DNA of 64,000 bases, taken from assembly GCA_010909165.1 (NCBI GenBank), contig VJWM01000220.1, forward strand, positions 124,001-188,000, given 5' to 3'. The translations under genes were made by a program, and so were the position numbers. The notes beneath the pieces are model-generated. The model worked only from the letters and a program-made list of their open reading frames with translations, did not search any database and was not told the DNA's origin. The stretch comes from Anthoceros angustus. Lineage: Eukaryota; Plantae; Anthocerotophyta. Below are positions 38,851 through 52,196 of the stretch, piece by piece. How positions within the stretch are numbered: position 1 is the stretch's first letter; the number at the start of each line of letters is the position of its first letter.

Positions 38851-39069
38851 GAAAATTGAGCCTTAACGAAGATGGCATCCTCTGTGAAATAGGTGAGGGA
38901 TTCAGGGAAATTGGGGGGATTGGGAATGGGGTGCATCGAGCATGGCTTTGGATGACCGGATACAGAATGTATGTTCCTCATCGAAATCGCGTCTGAGGCC
39001 TTCCTTCATTTCACAATGACAGCAGGCAAGCGGAAAAAAGCTCACAGCAGCTAGTAATCTTCTCTCTCA

Positions 39070-40145
39070 AACTAAATGGAGTTGTGGATGTTGGAGAGCC
39101 AGCAGGCCCTGAGCATGCGATTCAGGAAGTGCTGGAAAGCAGCCAAGAAGAGGTACCTGTGACTGAGGAAGTGGTAAGGGTGTCTGAGGAATTGCAATTC
39201 CATGTGGGGGATCAGCTGAATATCGTGCGGACTGATTTGTTGGGATTCTTGAAAACCAAGGGGGTTGCGATGTTAGCATCTGTGGAAGAGGAAAAAAAGG
39301 GAGATCCGTTATGGAGGGTGGATAAACTGGAAAAGCTCATGTTATCGACAGGGGCATCGGTTAAGGAGCTTCGGAACAACATGGTGAACTTGGAGACAAC
39401 GATGCAGAAAGGGATGCAGTGGTTTGGCACAAGCTTTGGCAACCTGGACAACGATATGAAAGTACTGAAGAAAATGTCACGTAGTCAAGGTAAGCAGATA
39501 GAAGACATCGCGAAGAGGCTGAAGAACTCAGAAGAGAGCCAGCGGCAGGAACAAGGTTCGAAGGTGCAGGGAAAGGAAATTGTGTTCCAGACAGTGCAAC
39601 CTGGGCAAGACGTCACCGATGATGTGTCAGTTCCAGTGCCGCTGGAGCTGGGAGCCTCACTGTCTGCACCAATGGAGGACAAAAACATGCTGCTGACTAG
39701 GCAGATTGGTTTTGACATCAATGTGGAAGTGCTGTATGCTGACATGGTGTGCAACCTGGAGAAATATCTTACAGCCGTCTGAATGCGTGTGCCCGCGAGA
39801 ATACTCACAGACACAGGAGTTACAATGTCCGATTCAAGGGCTATTGGGAAAAGGCGATAGAAACAGACCCCTACTATTTTGTCGACAACTTCAAGACATG
39901 GCTGGGCACTCACTGGATTCAACGTTCCGGTCCACAGAATCGTTGGAGTGTGGAGGCCTCCGATGCAGAGGTCCAGGTGGCCTCTCCTGGCCGACGATGC
40001 GAGCTCTCGTTACAACGATCCCCCCATGAAGCGTGGGAATGTCCGACCCAGAGATGTTGTAGTGAAAATGAAGAGCATCAAGGATGCACAGGCGCTCCTA
40101 GCGCTATCTGACCGTATCAGGCTCTGTAGTTTATTGCGTCAATGA
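39070..40145 (+). mobile_element. LINE ORF1-like relic (coiled coil plus RRM-like region), frameshifted
   Basis: Coiled-coil ORF followed by HRSYNVRFKGYWE and RPRDVVVKMKS, resembling RxxNxRxxGxxE and RPRxIxVK of L1/CR1-type ORF1. Confidence 0.5.
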
Positions 40146-40394
40146 GGATGCTTGTCATATTTGGGGGTCAGACTTCGTCGCCAAGAATGCTGATCAGATG
40201 CTTTCCAAGCACCCTTTCCAAGCCATGTGGGAAAACCCACCTAGCCATTCTACATGCCCTCTTTTCCCATGCCATAGTGAGATCGGTCCGTTGCACCCAT
40301 CGGTTCCACCATCGCGAGTGACTATGTTCCCCATCCGCCACCAAGAGTGTAACCCTACATAAGAAAGGAGTGTTCTACTGGATTATGTGTTGGG

Positions 40395-40465
40395 TGTTGT
40401 GCCCTTCGTTGGGTTTTTCCCCTTTGTTTTTGGGTGGATGGGTTTTTCCATCTCTTTTTTATTAC
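40395..40465 (+). mobile_element. 3' tail of the same RLE non-LTR family as 1470-1550
   Basis: gtgcccttc.ttgggtttt...ctttgtttttggg.tggatgggttttt..catctcttttt shared in opposite orientation. Confidence 0.75.
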
Positions 40466-40974
40466 AACATGAAGCTGGCGAATGCCAAGTTCAGAACAAG
40501 AAATGCATCTTGGTGATATGTTGCATATCAGGCGAACGGGCGATGAAGGTTTTGGCCGACATCAAAGACAGAGACACGAAATGGTGGTGTAGAAATATGG
40601 CACGTTTCGTTTCCCCCCTCTGTGGACGTTCTTCCTCTTCTCAATCTGATAAAAACGTGTTCAGGGTGCCCTTTGAAACTTTGGTGTATCAGCTCCTTCC
40701 TTAGCGACGCATCGAAGAAGTACTGACCCATGACCCCATTTGACGGTGAAGAAGGAGCCAGTTCACTCGAGAGGAGAGGGAGAGCCCCACCTCATGTCCG
40801 AGGCAGGATCAAACCACCCCGCATTCATTGGTGTTGTGTTGCTTAGGCACAACGACCTGCAAACAGCATGGCCGATAATTGAGCGATGGTTTCTGTTGCA
40901 ACGCTCTCTTTGGAAGTGTGACTGGGTAATATCAGTATCAAGTCACCACTGTAACGACCTTAGGGCTAACCTTG

Positions 40975-41032
40975 AATGGCCATGGCTTGAAGGTTTGTAA
41001 TGGCCATGGCTTGAAGGTTTGTAATGGCCATG
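40975..41032. repeat. 24-bp tandem repeat, about 2.4 copies
   Basis: aatggccatggcttgaaggtttgt repeated. Confidence 0.85.
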
Positions 41033-41209
41033 GCGCGGAGACCAGGAATTGGCGGCAAGTGGTCACCGTCCGCCCCGGGAGAAGCCGCGAGCCCCGCATA
41101 TACAGTGTCAGCGCTTGCACGACAATAAAAACCCCAAATCCTAAATCTTGAAGTGATGCGAACTACATAGCTTTTCCCAACCCCTACTCTCTCACCAAGC
41201 TGCTGAAAT

Positions 41210-41645
41210 TACTGTAAATGGCCAGAAGGTCAGTCGTGAGCGTGCTTTCCACAGAGAATTGCTCGTAGAAAGGACTGCTTGCCCCCCTCCTCCGGCGAAG
41301 ATTGTTTCAGGAGTCGCTCGGAGCAGCGAAGGGGACATGGAGGCTGATCACCAATTGGTACAGTCTCAGCCTCTGGACGAGTAGTCCAAGTACGATTCTC
41401 CAGAACTTCAGCTGCGGACTAAGAAGCAAACGCTGCGCGAGGAGAGTGGGACAGTGCCAGCTCGGGAGCTCGAGCGAGGGAGAGCAATGTGCCCTCGGGA
41501 AGACAGAAAATCCAGGGAAGCACAGGGGAGACTGGGGACCCAGCAGGCCCTGAGCTCACGAATCGGGAAGTGCTGGCAAGCAGCGAAGAAGATGTAGCTG
41601 TGACTGAGGATGTAGGAAGGGTGTTTGAAGAATTGCAACGTGATC
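41210..41645 (+). mobile_element. Second, 5'-extended fragment of the ORF1-like element
   Basis: 41540-41640 is homologous to 39100-39200 (ccagcaggccctgagc...tgtgactgagga...gaattgcaa). Confidence 0.65.
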
Positions 41646-41819
41646 AAGGAGAATATACTAGAATGAAGTGGGGAGGGCCAACTCCAGAACAAGGTCAGCA
41701 CTTTGGTAATATGGTGCACATCAGGCGAATGGGAGATCAACCAGCGGACACTGCCTGATAGATGTAACACGTAAGGTGTGTTAACGAGATTTTGATCGCC
41801 GACGAAGACAGATACATTA

Positions 41820-42620
41820 CTTCAAGAATCTAGTATTCCCCCTTCAGAAGAAAACAGGAAACCAAATTTGAAGCATACGGACTCCTAGATCTGATTACTC
41901 TCTAGCCCCTGTCCGATCGATGCTATCTACAACACGATCAGCTGGCACACTCTCGAGGACTCAGGTTTGGAAAGATCTCCAATGCTATGCCGGCGTTGCC
42001 AACAAGAAAAGAATCTGCCCGCACACTGACTTCAGGGAGGCTCAGGTCTGTATGTCTCTCCGATGGTCCAACATATCCTGTCAGTAAAGCCTTACGTACC
42101 TGTGTATTTATCCTCATAAGTTGTGTTGACATCGTTTAAAAGAACCTAAAACAAAAAAGGACTTCTCAGTCATCTTGCACCCACAATATTCCAGGAACAC
42201 ATCACCCAGCAGGTATTTAAAATTTCATCGGCTTCATCTACAAAGTCCTGATTCACCATGAGCCATTTCTCTGCAGCAAACGCATCACCCAGCTGTACAA
42301 TACCTCGAGATGATGGTGAAGGAGGGTCCACCTTCCTGCTCGACACACCTGAAAAAACAGTGTCGAAGCAGCAACAGCAAAACTGCTGGCTAGCTAAAGG
42401 ATAAGGAAAGACTCGTGAAAAAAAAACGAGCTCCAACCCACCCAATATTCCCAGTGTCTGATGACTTGAGCGTCTATCAATGTTCACCAGCCCAGAAATC
42501 ATTACCAGGTTCAAGGGATGCACCCACGTTTACATTTGCCAAAACCTTAGTTCGTCTACTCTCCTTTTCACCTTCACCGGTAACCAAAGAAGAGTTTTTA
42601 TAGCGTCCTCAACGATGGCG
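41820..42620 (-). pseudogene. Collapsed, deleted duplicate of the DEG protease gene
   Basis: Patches match 44325-44570, 44880-44995, 45810-46130 and 46400-46470 (PSERHTDLSLPE, LVGNAG, RKVDPPSPSS), including intronic sequence. Confidence 0.82.
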
Positions 42621-44382
42621 TTCATCAAAGCTGTGTTGAAGTTCGTCCCGTTCTCGGCATCGACAGAAGACAGTCTGGAAAACAACGAGACAGTCGCTCA
42701 TAGAATGCCCGGATGAAACCTCCCCGCTCTCTTGCTGACTCTTTGACCCTCAGACAGCGTTGGCCTGTTTGCCAGACTGCATTCGGTGATGGGCTTCAAA
42801 AAATGGACAACAGCATATAGCTTCCCTCCACTGACGCCGCCGCGACGCCGCAAGTAGGGCAGACAAGGAGAAGCTATATGTTGTTGCTGCTTGCGGCACT
42901 TCTCATGCTACCGCAACATATAGCTTCTTCAGAGTAACAAGAGTGACACCTCGTAGCGAAGCGACTGTCTCGTTGTTTTCTCGACCATCTTCTCCAGCCA
43001 CCAGCCTCCAAGGCCCTGTGCACAATCAATCCTATGATCAGCTTCGGCCATTGGCGCGAAGCCGCTGCTTCCCTCTGCAAACTAGGTTCACTTGGGTTCT
43101 TCGATCCACGCTGGTGCTGGTCGGAATTGTGACCGTTGCTTTGCATTGCTGGCCAATTCTGACTGGTTGAAATTGTGACTGTTGCTTTCCATCCTTACTC
43201 CATCCACTTCGAACCAGCTTTATTTTTTGTACCAATTATAAGGAATTCACTTCAAATAGACCCCATCCAGTTATACATGTGTGTGACAATTGAATGAAGC
43301 TCTACACATTAAACTCCAAAAATATCAATGTGACACTTTGAGGGTGCTTGTCTAGCTGTTACAAAAACATAGGCCATGGCTGAGTTCAAGGGTTGCCTTG
43401 GAGTGTGTGTTTTGATGTTTTCATGCAAACTTCCTTGGAGGTGGCTATATTGGTCGTCCTCATGCCGGAACGTCTCATAATAGATGGGAGGATATCACAT
43501 GTCACAAGAGCAATGCATTTCGTTCTCGTTGCATATGAGAAACGAATTGGTCCTAGAGAGGCCCTTGCTCGATCCCATGCATGAGGCGTACACGGCACCC
43601 GTACCGGATGGTACTCTTGGGTATATTTATATGTGGACATATTTATCCTAATATTTTAAATTAATTTAAATATCTATGAACACATTCTTTATGTCCACGT
43701 CCTGCCTTCATGCTACATCTCATCCATCATCCACATGTCACATGACATACACAAGTGAACCCATGGCATCATCCATGATGACAGCCTTTTCACAAATGGG
43801 GGTAGAATTCGTCGCCAAGAATGCTGTAGACTTCAATCCTCCAATTTACTTTGGTCCCTTGGAGGATAAGTAATTGATGCATGGTGATTCTATAATCACA
43901 ATCTGGTTGAGGAAATACTCTACAACATCAAGGGGGGAATGGCCAGGTGCAGAACAAGGCACTGTGGTCATATGCTGCACGTCAGGAGAATGGGGCGCTC
44001 AAGCTGTACACACTCGTGATTGACACAGCAGACAAGACAGCTTTTGGCCGAAAATGCAAATAAAGGCACCAGTTAGAGAAGTTGGTGTACCGATGGGCTA
44101 GAAGGTGCTTTAGTAGCAAACACGCTGAGGCTTCCCCTAGCCAACAAAACCACAGCCACCGTTACTGCTTCACGTGTTGGCCATTTTTCCGAAGTGGCTG
44201 GAGCCGCTGGACAATAGCCTAAGAGCTTTCGAGATTTACGTTAGTAGTTTGGTACGAGGCAGAAAGCCGTGTGCAACATTTTCTTGGATCCTACGAGATT
44301 GAAGTACTACACTCAGGGGACATTCTCCCCCTTCCCTTGAAATCAGGGAACTAAATTTGAATGAATTGAAATACACTAACTC

Positions 44383-47300
44383 CTAGCTCTGATTGCACTC
44401 TGCCCCTGTCCGGTCGATTTCAACTACTAGGGGATCTGCTGGCACACTGTCCGGGAGACTGAGGTATGGAGAGATCTCCGGTGCTACCCCGGCGTTGCCA
44501 ACTAGAATAGGATCTGCCTGCACACGGGCGTCCGGGAGACTCAGGTCTGGAGATCTCTCCGATGGTATACCATGGTCTAGAAGAACCTGTGAAATAGACT
44601 TCCGTGCGGCCGTGGTCTCAAGAACTATCAACGTGTCATAATCCAGCTCAAATCGAAGAAAGTCGTCTGTGCAAGCTGCAACAACAAGTCTGCCAGTCAG
44701 GCTCACGGTATACGAACGCAAACGTATGGTCCGAATCATACGATAAAACAACACGATGTCCACTTACAGTCTACCAGCTCTGCAAGTTGCTTCAAATTTC
44801 GGATTTTGGTCCCATTGAATGCAAGAACCTGGGAGCATCTACCGTTCAGTCTCAAGGAACAAAAGAATGACAACCATCAATCCTGTCAGCAAAAGGTGCC
44901 TTACGTACTTGTGTATTGGCGATCTCCTCATAACCTATGTTAACATCGTTTGCAAGAACCTGAAAGAAAGGGAACTTCTCAGTCATCTTGCACACACTAT
45001 CTTGTAGACTGGCTGGGAGACAAGCATTCTCACCTGTGCGACAACAACCAATTGCTCATCATCGAATTGTGCCATTGAGTGTCCAGCCTTTTCCAGAAGT
45101 CGGACCTGCAATATTGGCAAACACAGAGTGACTACCTGCCAGAGGACCATCACAGCGTCACAGTTCCTGAGGAGCTTCAGAGGCAGAAACTGCACAAGAT
45201 CGTCTTACCGCAGTAAACTCGTAGTCGCCACCATATTCAGATCTGCGCAGAAGAGGCCCTGCTATTAGTCCAATTCATGTCTCAAAGGAGTTCCAAGGAC
45301 GTCGCAAATTCAACAAACACTACCAGTGGAGTCAAAACTCACTCCAGAAATGGTTGACACACAGGCGTAAAGACCAATCCTGCGACAATGTAGTAAGATG
45401 GAAGCCTTCCACCAATATGTACTGGGACCTGTACAAATCGAATGTCAGAGCAATTCATACGCACACAGCTGCAAGAGATGGAGAAATTGTCGCGAGCTAC
45501 CAGATGGACTGCAGTCTTCAGTGTAGTCTGCAGTTTCAGGACCTCACCATCTCGAAGTAGCTCAAGCTCAGCTGTTTCACCTGAAAATCTAACAAGAAAA
45601 AGATTGAACAAAGATAAAAATCTCTGAAGTGTAAGCCACCCGTGACATGACACATGCCTGAAGGCAAGAGGAAACAAGCAATCACAGCTACCAACATACA
45701 GCCTGGTCCTTGGGCGGGTTTGGTACTCACTTCTGGCTCACAAGAAAGCCAAATGAAATTCGTTCCAGTCCTCGGAACGGTACTGTTCCCTCGTTGGCAA
45801 TGTTCACTCCGTCGAATTTTAGGAGCACATCACCCTGCAGGTATTCAAATTTCATCTGTTTAATTGACCATATCCTGATACAACAGCCTCTACTACGGAA
45901 TTTGCGATGGCTGAGTTATTGCGACACCCTGCAACTTTGGAGGGAGCACCATGAACCATCTCTCTGCAAAAGACACATGACTAACCTGCTTAATAACGTG
46001 AGATGATGGTGAAGTTGGTTCCACCTTCCTGATCAACACACCCTGCAAAAGCAGCCTCAAAGCAGGAATCAGCAAAACTGCTCGATAGCGTAAGGATAAG
46101 TGAAGACTTGTAACACAAAAAGGAGCTCCAACCTTTTGCTCCTTCATTTTCAGAAATTCTCTCATGGCAGGATTTTCCAATCTTTGCCAAAGTATGCCCA
46201 AGCATGGGAATCCTGAAACATCAGGAGTTAGTATCTTCCTTGTCCAGGAATCAGCAGGCAACAAACAGGCTGAATACACATCTGGCCAGCCAAATTCATG
46301 GTCTTTGACCCATCATAGTGAAAGGTCTCTGACAAACCTGTGAACTTCCCATTGCGTTCAAAGTCAGATAAAAAGTGTGCCACTACAGGCGTTGGAATCA
46401 CCCACCCAATATTCTCAGTGTCTGCTGACTTGAGTGTCTATCATTGTTCAACAGCCCAAAAATCTCTGGTTAAAAGAATCCTACATGCAACAATGCACTG
46501 CATAAAAAAGCGCAGAAAGCGAAGAGGTAACCTGCGAACCTGAAAGGCAATGCCAACACACTCGCCCTTCTTGTTGAATGCTGGACCACCACTATTACCT
46601 ACACAAAGAGAGTCCCACACGAGCTTATTGTGAGTGCACATTGCTTTGCCATGACAATCACAGATGCTTCAAGTCCTCACTGTTGGTAAACCAAGCAATG
46701 GTCCTTTGGACCATGGGCCATCAACTTGAAACGCCTGAGACTCCCAGAGCCTCTCACCTGGATTGATTGCAGCATCGATCTGCACAGCGAGCAGCTCAGC
46801 AGCGCCATGCACATAGGAGGTGACCTGCACAGAGGGAGTAAAAAAACTGAAGACCCACCACAAGAATCTCACGCAAATCCATGCAGCCACACCATGGAAT
46901 GCAGCTATGGATGCAAGCATGAGGCCTTGTGAATGGCATACCTCAATGCGAGAAACCACACCACTGGTGACAGAGATTGTGTCTCCTCCAACTGGGTATC
47001 CAACAACAGTAACATCATCCTGTTTGGCATTTATTTAGCAGCCGCTCAGATGGGAGTAACAATTCACCACAGATGGGAAACAGAATCCCACATAACCTGC
47101 CCGACCAAATTCGGCAAGAATGAGACTGTTACCTGTAAGTGAGGTAGGCTACCAAACCGCAAAGGTTCAACATCCTTCCAAAATTCATCATCGTCGACAG
47201 AAAGGAGGGCAATGTCGCATTCAGGACCAATTGCCAGCACCTGCCCCAGAAAGAGGTTTAGAGATTGAGCTCGTCACCAGACTGAGAGGAATGCACAACA

Positions 47301-48731
47301 GTTCCTTACAGTTGCCACAAACTTTGTGTCGTCTCCTCTCCTCTTCACCTTGACCTGGTTATTAAGAAAACAAATTGTGTAGAGTCAATTCTCGGTTGCA
47401 AAAGAGGGAACAGGAAAACACGAAGGTCCAGTCCAAAGTCTACACAAGTTTCAACAACGGATGCACGTGTTCAGACATTCCCCATCCTTCTTGTTGGACA
47501 GAGTATGCATTCATGCATTGAGCTAGGGTGACCACTCAGATCAATAAGCCACATTCCTAATAGAGGCATTGAGACTATCTGAAGCTTGGCATTGTACAAA
47601 AACCATTGATCTGCATTTCAGATGGCTCACACCATGTCAGAGAAGATGGCATACCTGTGTGTGATGCTCCACGCAGTGAGCATTGGTCAGCAATCTTCGA
47701 TTAGCTATCATGAAGCCACTGGACAACATAGAGAGGTTCAGTACATGCAGTTTTTAATTTCCTGACCAAACTGTACAGTGACAGCACGCCTTGTGACTCC
47801 AGCAACATAAGACTGTGACGACATAAGACTGTGATGGTAATCGGTTAAGCCAGTACCTGCCAGTAGAAGAGTATTGCCTCTGCTTTTGCCAAGGTAATGA
47901 GAAGTTTGGTTCGGTGTGGGTGCAATAAACCTACAGAAGAGAGGCACAACTAAACTCTCAGTCAACCAAGACTTTTATAAACAATTGTCGGAATGCACAG
48001 GTGGGCACAAACCTTGACCACGGCGTCCAAAAACGGGGCGTCTCGCAAGGCTTCATCTTCATCAAACTGTCCCAGATTCAAAGGCTAAGTTCACGCTTAA
48101 CGTGGAGCAGCAATGCACCAGCCTGTTAACCAAAACAGTGAAACTATTTCCGGACGGGAACTTAAGCCACGCACCATGTATAACCAGTCGGAATCAATAC
48201 TATCAATCAAGTCCACTGCGTCCTTATCCTTGAATTGTCCCTTTCCCAAAGAGGGCTTTGGAGAGAGTTGCTGCTTCTCTCTGTCACGTCTGCTGGCTTT
48301 AGCAGGTAGAGGTATCAAACCATCCCTACATCTATATGATCTCGTTGAGACCCAAGGCGAACCTTGAGGCTCTCTTGTCCAGCCAGAGGGGCCATAATCT
48401 GCCTGCACAACAGGTTTGAGCCTGAATAAATATGGCCTTCCTCCAATGCACACCCAGAACTCCAATCGGGGCAACAATCCACAACACCCACGGGATGAAA
48501 ATGCAGCATCGCACTGACCTGCAATTCCAGGCTTGTTGTCGGAGACGGTGTGCCACACCTGAACCGCCCAAGGCCATGCCTTCCAGAGAGCAGTCCAACC
48601 ACGCTGCTCCTGGATTGCGGTAGCAAGTGCGCGGGGCACGGTGCTGGCCATGTCCAGGAATGCTCGTGAGAGGGGACAAATGTAGCTGGCCCTGGCAGAT
48701 TGACGATGCAACCCCCACCGCTGGCCGCCAT
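44383..48731 (-). CDS. Deg/HtrA serine protease, DEG2/DEG9 clade, many exons, probable transit peptide
   Basis: [29 protein letters not shown] (His), ECDIALL (Asp), DAAINP|GNSGGP (Ser), PDZ regions, HGIPSERS. Confidence 0.92.
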
Positions 48732-49897
48732 CGCAGCTGCCACCCGGCTCTCACGGAACCTGGAGCGCCACGGTCACCATACTCAATATCCTGGCAAGCT
48801 GAGAAAAAGAGTGAATTTCGTAAAGCAAATGTGAGAGCAGCGTCACCTGACGCTGGCCTCGCCCCGAAGCAGCCCCCCAAATGCCTTCCAGTGCAGCATG
48901 CGACGGAGTGCAGCTGCTAAAGTGCAGCATTCATGTCACACAGGGAGACGCATTCGCCGCATTGCGATGCGTGCATTGATCCACTCTTGCGGGAACTGTC
49001 TTGTGCTTGAGCGCAGATTGGACCACCATTTAGGGCTCGCCTCACATTCGTGTATAAATTTGTTTACCTGCGAATTTCATCCCCCGCCCGTTACAGAAGG
49101 GAACCAGCAGCTCAGCGCCTGCTGTGGAATTGGCCTCTCCAGGAGTCAGTCCACATCTGCCCGGCCTTCTGCAGCTCGCTTTACAGCTTTGGTCCTTCTC
49201 CTTCAAGCAGCCCATGTGATGGATTTGGGACATCGAATCTATGTCTTGTTCAGAAGCAGCGGCTATCCATCTAGATTTATGTGAACATTACCAAATTGCG
49301 AGCAGCATCCGTCACGATGTTAAAGCTAAGGGCCTCACAAGTGTTAACATTCCTGTGGCAACGTGCTAAGACTGGCAAGTCTCCCAAGTATTCTTCCTCA
49401 AGGTTGTGTACATGTTTAGCACAGATTTCGGGTGGGAGGAAATGCACAAGATCTGTTTTTCTGTATGAGATCTAGATTAGGCTAGCAAGCTCATCCACAA
49501 GCTGCAATAATTTATTCTGCAGATCCAGTGGTTGAACTGCAGAGGTTGAATTGCAGATGTATCAATCGAATTCTGCTAGTTCAACTCCCACATGGATCGG
49601 GAACACATCCATGATGGATCATAATCCACCCTAAACCCTAAAAAATCAACAAATTGTCCGACGTTCCAGGGAGCTGAAGAAATACAGGTAGGAGATCTTG
49701 CAAGCTATGCCGTTTCCAGCAGCATTTGTTCTCTCACAGTGGTTGGACAGTCTGTTGAATCATCTCGTGGAGCGCCACCTTGTCAGGCTTGTGTATGTTT
49801 GATTCTGTACTGTTACAAGCTCCACAGAGATCGATTCCTAACCTGTGATGAAACAACACATGTTGGCTCCCTGGAGGCGTGCTTTGCAGGTCTAAGA

Positions 49898-51165
49898 TTA
49901 TGCTGCTGCTGCTGACATCGTTGCTCCCCAATCCTCCAGGGGGACGCCGTTTATGAACGTCTGTCTGTGGGAGACGTACAATTTCTTGGACTTGTCGGCA
50001 TCGGAGTGGAAATCGACGAAGGTGTGTTCCTTGGTTCTTTCTTGCTCCATCGAGAGCCCCAAGCCGGTGGTAAGCTGGCCGATGCGCTCGCGGGCTCTTC
50101 TGTTGTGGTAGCGAGCGGGGTGGAGCGAGTCGATGAGCTCCTCAGCGGGCCCGATTACGGTGTCATCAATGGGGACCCCCAAGGGCGTGCCCTGGGAGAT
50201 GCGGGGCTCTGTCGCCGTCAGCGCGCGGTGAGTGGGGCTGTGGTACATCCCGTTACTGATGGTCTGCAATCATGCATCGGAGTGCGCACAAGCTGTCATG
50301 ATGAGGAAACGGAACCAGTCGTGAACGACAACGATACCACAGAGTGGTGGGAAGGAAGGTTCGAGGAAGGGAGTGAAAAGGAGTGCGTCGTTCTGAGGCC
50401 GGGACAGTGGGTACTGCCACTCACCACTCACACACCTCCAGGTCGTCGCCAATGCTGAAGAGGATGACATCGCGCAAGGGCGGGATGGTGAGCCACTCCC
50501 CGTCCACAAAGAACTGCAGGCCCCGCACGCCGTCCACGGCGAATAAGTTGCAGAGACAGGGGTCCGTGTGGGGGATGATGTACGGGGCGGGGTTCTGGCC
50601 GACGATCTGCACGGGAGGAGTGTAGATGGCCTTGTGCTCCACTCCCAGCTCGTGGTACTTGTCCAGGAGGTATGTCGGGGGCAGGCGCGTACTCCGGGTA
50701 GATGTGTGTGCGGAACTGCTCCCGGAACGCGGCAAACGGCTTCTGCGCTTCCTCGCCTGCTGCGGGGTTGAAGATGCTGAACTTGGAGAAGTATCCCTGT
50801 GGACGGGCGGATTTATTCTTGGTGGCTGACTGCAGCCTACGCTTTTCCTCTGCCGGCCAAGAGAAGAACACCCTCGACACCGCGTGCACCTGCGCCACCA
50901 ACTCCGGCTCTACCCCGGAGTTCTTGACGAACATCAGGCCAACCTCTGCAAGGGCGCGCACTTGCTGCACCAGCTCTGCTCGCTTCTCCGGCGTCGCTTC
51001 CACGCCCCCCAGGCCCACTGTGTTGTCCACCAACTGCTGCTCGGCTTCGCTCAAGATGAGGTTGGAAGTACTGGTCCAACTGGAATCGCGCTGCTGCATG
51101 GATGCGGATTTCGACGGAGGTTGAGCTAGGGGAGCATCGTGAGGATCTGCCAGAGGAGGGCCCAT
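49898..51165 (-). pseudogene. 2OG-Fe(II) dioxygenase (DOXC type) with internal deletion/frameshift near 50686
   Basis: GLMFVKNSGV, FFSWPAEEK, PHTD, GLQF, IGDDLE|TISNGMYHSPTHRA, RIS; frame break between YPEY and LPPTYLL. Confidence 0.78.
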
Positions 51166-51619
51166 TGTGAAAGCTGAAGTTGGTGCAGGGTGTCGTCCAC
51201 TTCGTTCCCAGGTCACGTGTCACTTGTATGGGTGGCTTGTCATCGCCAGCGTTCAGCATTCTGCGGAATCTCTACTTGGATTCTCGTTCGGTTGCGGAAT
51301 TTTCTTGGGACGAATTATTGAAAGCATCAGTCAAAAATAGGTTATGACTCATGAGGCGATGGGAATTTGTTTTGTAGTGCCAGACTTTGTTGCATACACC
51401 AGAAGCCAGAAATTTACAGTGGAACTTGCTGAATGCTCTAGACCTTCTCGAACAGTTTCAGGGCGCCAAGTGCTGTATCTCTGTCCACCAGGTAAGGATG
51501 GAAGTGACCAGGAGGCGATATTGCAACACGCAGTCGGCGATCCAGCGAGGGTTGTGCCGACCTCCCTTTGGACCAAGAAGTTGCAAGCTGGTCAGCCTGT
51601 TTTAGTAGTAAACTACTTT

Positions 51620-51845
51620 AGCTCGTTTAACAGGGCTGAAACCGAGACCCAGGAGTTTTGCAGAGTGGAAGTGAAAGTCGATGAACATGTTTCTCTGTGG
51701 ACCGAGAAGATAGAACATGACCTGAGGAGACCTGAGGCGGTAGCGGTGGTTAGCTGGGCCATGCGGTCGCCGCCTCTTCCGGTGTGGTAGCGAGCAGGAT
51801 GCAGATGGTCGATGAGGCCCTTGGCGAGACCGATGACCTCATTCA
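51620..51845 (-). pseudogene. Fragment duplicating the 2OGD 3' exon
   Basis: VIGLAKGLIDHLHPARYH...RMAQLTT versus VIGPAEELIDSLHPARYH...RIGQLTT. Confidence 0.82.
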
Positions 51846-52196
51846 TCAATGTCTTCCAGCTTTGAAGCACACATATGTAAACAAGTTTCAGACTTTCAAA
51901 ACAAACCACTACGCAGAAAACATTGCAAACGACTCTCGAGGTTGTGCAAGATTGAAAGTTCTGGTGAGGAGCACAAATGTTCAATATCTGAGTTTCAGGG
52001 GAGCTCAATTGGCAATGCTTTCGAGACACTTCCAAGCTAAATATCCCAGTTGCTGAGCATGCACAGGCCTACAGGCTGCGTATGACTGTTACACAATACA
52101 CATACGTGTATGTGAAGTATTGACAAGGCTAGCTCACCTAAGGTAATTCAAGGCCTGGTAGCGAATGCGTCACAAAGATCCCTACCTCCTGGAGCG

